From an uncultured Thermus sp. (GTDB lineage Bacteria; Deinococcota; Deinococci; Deinococcales; Thermaceae): a stretch of 10,536 nucleotides of DNA. This document shows, in pieces, positions 6,142 to 10,536 of the stretch (position 1 is the first letter of the stretch; each line of letters starts with the position of its first letter). The notes beneath the pieces were generated by a model, which did not search any database, was not told the DNA's origin, and worked only from the letters and a program-made list of their open reading frames with translations. Position numbers and translations under genes: made by a program. Where the stretch lies: assembly GCA_947085095.1 (NCBI GenBank), contig CAMTVD010000026.1, positions 1 to 10,536 of the forward strand. Direction: 5' to 3'.

Positions 6142-6894
6142 GTGGTTGTAGACCTCAATGCGGACGCGGGCGAGTCCTACGGGACCTTCAGCTATGGCCA
6201 CGACCGGGAGATCTTCCCCCTGGTGACCTCGGTCAACCTGGCCTGCGGCTTCCACGGGGGGAGCCCTAGCCGCATCCAGGAGGCTGTGCGTTTGGCCAAA
6301 GCCCATGGGGTGGCCGTGGGGGCCCACCCTGGCTTTCCCGATCTGGTGGGGTTTGGTCGGCGGGAGATGGCTCTCTCCCCGCAGGAGGTATACGCCGACG
6401 TCCTTTACCAGCTAGGAGCCCTCTACGCTTTCCTGAGGGTGGAGGGCTTGCCCATGCATCACGTGAAGCCTCACGGAGCCCTTTACCTGAAAGCCTGCCG
6501 GGACCGGGAGACCGCCCGGGCCATCGCCGAGGCGGTAAGGGCCTTTGACTCGGGGCTCCCCCTGGTGGTCCTCCCCGGCACGGTGTACGAGGAGGAGGCG
6601 GTGGGGGCAGGCCTTAGGGTGGTGCGGGAGGCTTTCCCTGAGCGAGGTTATTTGAAGAACGGCCAGCTTGCTCCCCGTTCCTTGCCCGGAAGCTGGATCA
6701 CCGACCCCGAGGAGGCGTCCAGGCGGGCCGTGCGCATGGTCCTCGAGGGCAAGGTGGAAGCTCTGGACGGGGGAGAGGTGGAGGTGCGGGCGGAGACCCT
6801 CTGCATTCACGGGGATAACCCCCGGGCCCCGGAGGTGGCCCGGGCGGTGCGGGAAGCTTTGGCGGGGGTAGGGGTGGAGGTACGGGCTTTTTAG
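6142..6894 (+). CDS. pxpA: 5-oxoprolinase subunit A (LamB/YcsF family)
   Basis: DLNADAGESYG, VNLACGFHGG, VGAHPGFPDLVGFGRR, HVKPHGALY, TLCIHGDNP. GTG 6142 has the SD AGGGGGTG 6 nt upstream and gives the usual N-terminus length; an alternative GTG lies at 6133. Confidence 0.93.
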   Translation: MVVDLNADAGESYGTFSYGHDREIFPLVTSVNLACGFHGGSPSRIQEAVRLAKAHGVAVGAHPGFPDLVGFGRREMALSPQEVYADVLYQLGALYAFLRVEGLPMHHVKPHGALYLKACRDRETARAIAEAVRAFDSGLPLVVLPGTVYEEEAVGAGLRVVREAFPERGYLKNGQLAPRSLPGSWITDPEEASRRAVRMVLEGKVEALDGGEVEVRAETLCIHGDNPRAPEVARAVREALAGVGVEVRAF

Positions 6895-6896
6895 CG

Positions 6897-7195
6897 GGGC
6901 TGTTTGGAGCGCTGAAGGGCCGGGGCTTTGACCTGAAGGGGACGCGGGTGGTGGACCCCGAGCGGCTTTACCGGCTTCTTTTGCTCCTTAGTCTGGCCTT
7001 TGTGTGGGCCTTCCGGATGGGGGTGTGGCTGCACCGGTTGAAGCCTGTGCCCGCCAAGAGGCATGGGCGTTTGGCCCGAGCCTCTTCCGCTACGGACTGG
7101 ACCACCTCCAGCGGCATCTGTGGGCCAGGGTATCCCTCAAAGCCCCACCGTCCCCCTTGGGACCTGACCTCGCCCAACTTTTGACGTGTACATAG
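6897..7195 (+). mobile_element. IS4-family transposase remnant (5'-truncated, frameshifted) with right terminal IR
   Basis: GLFGALKGRGFDLKGTRVVDPERLYRLLLLLSLAFVWAFRMGVWLHRLKPVPAKRHGRLAR, frameshift near 7079, then SLFRYGLDHLQ...LLTCT*. This matches IS4-family DDE transposase tails (F..LK.RGF.LE.T...PERL; KKHG....SLFRYGLD; LSCT*). The element ends in TTTTGACGTGTACATAG. Confidence 0.85.
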
Positions 7196-7196
7196 C

Positions 7197-7218
7197 AAGC
7201 GGGAAGCAGCTCCCGCTT
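7197..7218. terminator. Hairpin, possible weak terminator
   Basis: AAGCGGGA-AGCAGC-TCCCGCTT (8-bp stem, 6-nt loop) directly after the IS4 end; no long U-tract. Confidence 0.3.
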
Positions 7219-7450
7219 CTACAGGGTCCTCCAAAAGGCCCAGGGGCTGCAGGCCCACCTGGCCGTACCCCTCTCCGGGGGAAGAGGCCTTTTACAAGGG
7301 GTGGACCTCAACCCATCCCCCTGGCCCACGGCCACCGCATCCACGGCCTCAGCCGCAAGCTATGGGCTCCGCCCGTGACCCCCGAGGCCGCAGTAGGGGT
7401 AGGGCCCTATACCCCATATACTCACATCTCTTGATAACAATCAGAAGATC

Positions 7451-7479
7451 TTGACAAGCTGGCTATTTTGCGTTCTAAT
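7451..7479 (+). promoter_or_regulatory. Putative sigma-A promoter of the TRAP operon
   Basis: TTGACA (7451-7456), 17-bp spacer, TCTAAT (7474-7479), in an AT-rich stretch upstream of RBS AAGGAGGT. Confidence 0.55.
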
Positions 7480-7492
7480 TATCCCTGAACCT

Positions 7493-7508
7493 AACCGAAT
7501 GGTCGGTA
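7493..7508. promoter_or_regulatory. TetR-family (PfmR-like) operator
   Basis: Inverted repeat ACCGA-ATGG-TCGGT between the promoter and the RBS. The reverse complement TACCGACCATTCGGTT differs at one fixed position from the Thermus thermophilus PfmR consensus TACCGACCGNTNGGTN (recalled from the literature). Confidence 0.6.
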
Positions 7509-7519
7509 AGGAGGTTGGA

Positions 7520-8683
7520 ATGTTGCGTTTAACGATCTTCACAGGAGCTCTGCTTTTCCTTCTCATCAACTCTCTCAGCCTCGCGCAAGGTGACTACCGC
7601 TGGCCCCGACAGCTAATCTTCGGTTCCACCGAAGTGGGCACTGCTGGCTACGCCCTTCTGGTGGCCTGGACCACGGAGTTCACCGTTGCCACAGGGGTCC
7701 AAGCTCGGGTGTTACCAGGTACCACAACCACAATCACAAGCTGGCTGTTGGAAGGACGGGTGGATTTTGTCTCAGCCCCGCTGACGGTCCTGGTGGAGTC
7801 CCTAGACGGGGAACCAGGATACCGCCCAGGGCCTTTAAGAGTGGCCTACCCTGTTTTCCTCACGCCTTGGGGACTGATGGTTCGGGGAGATAGCCCTTAC
7901 CGCAGGGTGCAGGATGTTGGTTCAGGCACACGCCTAGCCTGGCCCCCTTTCTCATACTTCCACCGCATTTTGGATGGACTCCTCGCATGCCGGGGCCTGA
8001 CGCGGGAGCATGTGCGCCTAGTACCCGTAGCCAACTATAGCGCCAACTCCCGCGTCATCGCCGAAGGAGGCGCGGACATCGCCTTCACCTCTCCTATATC
8101 AGACGTGAACGTGGAGGTGGAGGGGAATCCGAGGGGCATTCGCTGGCTGGCGGTGCCAACGGCCCAGGAAGACCGCACCTGCCTCCAGAGATGGCAGCGG
8201 GCCTACCCCCTTTTGCAGCTCGTGCGCCCTGCAGAAATCGGGGTCCAGTCCGCCCGAGGCGTGCGGATGTTCGTGATACCAAGCGTGTACTACACCCGCG
8301 CAGACGTGAGCGAGGAACTCGTCTACCACCTGGTGAAGTGGTTGGATGAAAACCACAGCCTCTACAGGGATAAGCACGCCCTTGCTAGATTCCAAAGCAT
8401 GGAGAGCTTGCGCTTCATTGTGGAAAACATGGGCGTGCCCCTCCACCCGGGGACCGTGCGCTACCTGAGGGAGAAAGGCCTCTGGACCCAGGAAATGGCC
8501 AGGAAACAGGAAACCGCGGTAAAGCTGGTGGACCAATATGCTACCTTGTACGAGCGCGCCACCAGCCTTGCCCGTTCCCGCCGTATCTCCACCGATCCTG
8601 CCAGTGAGTCTTGGCAGCGCTTCTGGCGGGATTTCCTGGCACAAAACCGCGTGCCTCGGTTCTCCGAGGCTTGGCGCCCCTAA
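7520..8683 (+). CDS. TAXI-family TRAP transporter solute-binding subunit
   Basis: RBS AAGGAGGT then ATG 7520; signal peptide ending SLA-QG; TAXI features (GTAGY, VRGDSPY, ADVSEELVYHLVKWL.EN, PLHPGTVRYLREKG); adjacent to a fused TRAP permease; 387 aa. Confidence 0.92.
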   Translation: MLRLTIFTGALLFLLINSLSLAQGDYRWPRQLIFGSTEVGTAGYALLVAWTTEFTVATGVQARVLPGTTTTITSWLLEGRVDFVSAPLTVLVESLDGEPGYRPGPLRVAYPVFLTPWGLMVRGDSPYRRVQDVGSGTRLAWPPFSYFHRILDGLLACRGLTREHVRLVPVANYSANSRVIAEGGADIAFTSPISDVNVEVEGNPRGIRWLAVPTAQEDRTCLQRWQRAYPLLQLVRPAEIGVQSARGVRMFVIPSVYYTRADVSEELVYHLVKWLDENHSLYRDKHALARFQSMESLRFIVENMGVPLHPGTVRYLREKGLWTQEMARKQETAVKLVDQYATLYERATSLARSRRISTDPASESWQRFWRDFLAQNRVPRFSEAWRP

Positions 8684-8694
8684 GACGCCAGGGC

Positions 8695-10536
8695 ATGGAA
8701 GGGCGTTTCGCCAGCTTGCCTTCCTGGGCCAGAGCTTGGGTCCTCCTGACCTCCCTCCTGGGGCTCTGCCTGATCCTCTTCTACTTCTTTGGCTTAAACC
8801 TTTTGAGGAAAAGTCTCCTAGATCTCACGTACTACTGGCTCCTTCTCGCCTTTTTCCTCCCCCTGACCTTCCTCCTTTTCCCGGCACGATCCCAGGATAA
8901 ACAACCCTCTTGGTACGACTATGCCCTCGCCATAGGCACCCAGGGAAGCGGGCTACTCTTGGCTTGGCATGGGCCCTCCATGGTCCTTAGGCCGTGGACG
9001 AATCCTGAGTCCTTTTGGCAGGCGGCCGTGGCCATCTTCCTTCTGTTGGCGGTCTTGGAAGGGGCGAGGAGGGCAGGGGGTTTAGGCTTTGCTCTGGTAG
9101 CCCTTCTTCTAGCAGCCTACCCTCTCCTCGCTTCCTACATGCCAGGGCTCCTATGGGGGCCCCCTATTACCTGGAGAGAGGCCTTGGGCTACGGCATGTA
9201 CTCTACCCAAGGCCTCCTCGGTTTGCCGATGCGCACTGTAGGGGAACTCTTGGTTGGTTTCTTGGTGCTGGCCGCCTTCCTTGTCGCTACTGGTGCAGGC
9301 CAAACCTTTTTAGAGTTAGCATCAGTTCTCTTTGGATGGACCCGGGGCGGGGCAGCCAAGGTTAGCGTGATGGCCAGTGGCTTGTTCGGCAGTTTAAGCG
9401 GTAGCATCCTCTCCAATGTGGCCAGCACAGGAAGCGTCACGATCCCCACCATGATCCGCTCGGGCTTCTCACGAACCTACGCCGCTGCTGTGGAAGCGTG
9501 CGCCTCCACCGGGGGTGTCCTCATGCCCCCGGTTATGGGAGCGGTGGCCTTCGTGATGGCTACCCTTCTAGGCATACCCTACGGCCAGGTGGTGATGGCC
9601 GCCCTGATCCCCTCTTTCCTCTACTACCTTTCTCTCTTCGCTCACGTGGACCTTTATGCGGCACGACATGGACTGAGAGGGCTTCCACAACGTAACCATC
9701 CTCCCATAAGAGAGATCCTTCGGAAGGGAGCGCCTTTCATCCTAGTGCTGGCATTCCTAGTTTTCGCCTTGATCTACCTTAGGCTGGAGAGGTTTGCACC
9801 CTTTTATGCTCTGGGAATGCTTCTGCTCTTCCTCATCCTCCAAAAGCGGGTTTCCCTTGAAACTACGTACAGAGGTATCCTTGCTGCAGGCTCCCTTATC
9901 AGCCAAACCCTAGCCCTAATCCTTCCTGTTGGCTTGATCCTGGCAGGGCTTTTAGGGACGGGTGCAGCTCCCGCCCTCACAGGGGCTTTGGTCCAGTTAG
10001 GGGAAGGAAATCTGTTTCTCATCCTATTTCTTGGGGTACTCGTAGCCTTCCTCCTTGGGATGGCCGGTGTCATGGTAGCTGCTTATATTCTGTTGGCGGT
10101 AACTCTGGCACCCGCCCTAAGCCGTCTTGGGGACTTCTACCCCCTGGCGGTTCACCTCTTCATCGCCTACTGGTCCATGCTCTCTGCCATAACCCCTCCT
10201 GTAGCGGTGGCCGCCTTTCTGGCAGCGCGCCTAGCTGGGGCAAATCCTCTCACCACCTCTTGGGAAGCGATGAAATTAGGGTTGGCCATCTATTTCATTC
10301 CCTTTTTCTTCTTGTTCGAGCCAGCCCTTCTCCTTCATGGAAGCCCTGTTTCTATCGCCTACCACATCCTCCTTGCCCTCACAGGAATCCTCCTTCTAGT
10401 AGGAGGCCTAGAGGGTTACTTCTGGGGTCTGGGCCATCTTCCGCTTTGGACTCGCCCCATCTATATCCTAGGGGGCCTTCTTCTGGCCATCCCCGAAGGG
10501 ACGACCAGCCTGATGGCTATCCTCCTGGTTCTCCTA
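8695..10536 (+). CDS. TRAP transporter fused permease (DctQM / 4TM-12TM fusion), 3' end beyond the window
   Basis: The frame is open from ATG 8695 to the window end (614 codons, checked by hand). Motifs RGGAAKVSVMASGLFGSLSGS..SNVASTGSVTIPTM, AAAVEACASTGG.LMPPVMGAVAF and AVHLFIAYWSMLSAITPPVA. Absent from the ORF track because it has no stop codon in the window. Confidence 0.95.
   Translation, partial: MEGRFASLPSWARAWVLLTSLLGLCLILFYFFGLNLLRKSLLDLTYYWLLLAFFLPLTFLLFPARSQDKQPSWYDYALAIGTQGSGLLLAWHGPSMVLRPWTNPESFWQAAVAIFLLLAVLEGARRAGGLGFALVALLLAAYPLLASYMPGLLWGPPITWREALGYGMYSTQGLLGLPMRTVGELLVGFLVLAAFLVATGAGQTFLELASVLFGWTRGGAAKVSVMASGLFGSLSGSILSNVASTGSVTIPTMIRSGFSRTYAAAVEACASTGGVLMPPVMGAVAFVMATLLGIPYGQVVMAALIPSFLYYLSLFAHVDLYAARHGLRGLPQRNHPPIREILRKGAPFILVLAFLVFALIYLRLERFAPFYALGMLLLFLILQKRVSLETTYRGILAAGSLISQTLALILPVGLILAGLLGTGAAPALTGALVQLGEGNLFLILFLGVLVAFLLGMAGVMVAAYILLAVTLAPALSRLGDFYPLAVHLFIAYWSMLSAITPPVAVAAFLAARLAGANPLTTSWEAMKLGLAIYFIPFFFLFEPALLLHGSPVSIAYHILLALTGILLLVGGLEGYFWGLGHLPLWTRPIYILGGLLLAIPEGTTSLMAILLVLL

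Noticed and set aside
7451..7519. TTG start at 7451 for the TAXI receptor
   Set aside because: The TTG is the -35 box; the RBS and signal peptide support ATG 7520.
1..10536. CRISPR array, tRNA/rRNA, riboswitch or defence system
   Set aside because: No regularly spaced repeats, RNA gene signatures or defence-type domains were recognisable by eye.

Overview
GC-rich bacterial DNA with Thermus-like gene content and codon usage (taxon is inferred). The left block, on the minus strand, holds an acyl-CoA carboxylase carboxyltransferase subunit (PccB-like), a lipoprotein with two HYR repeats and a C-terminal PxKF domain, an atypical NarL/LuxR regulator, and a second lipoprotein gene cut at 140/141 by the right end of an IS256-family element. 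The middle block, mostly on the plus strand, holds a small membrane protein, nagA, about 430 bp of fused gene remnants (SDR tail, probable peptide-ABC fragments), pxpA (LamB/YcsF) without adjacent pxpB/C, and a frameshifted IS4-family remnant. The right block is a lower-GC TAXI-type TRAP transporter (solute receptor plus fused permease running off the window). Two observations stand out. First, both lipoprotein promoters share a TAGGAC-N4-GTCCTA-type motif at the same distance from their putative -10 boxes, suggesting a small surface-protein regulon under the atypical LuxR protein, with signs of inactivation in this strain. Second, a near-consensus PfmR-like TetR operator sits in front of the TAXI-TRAP genes.
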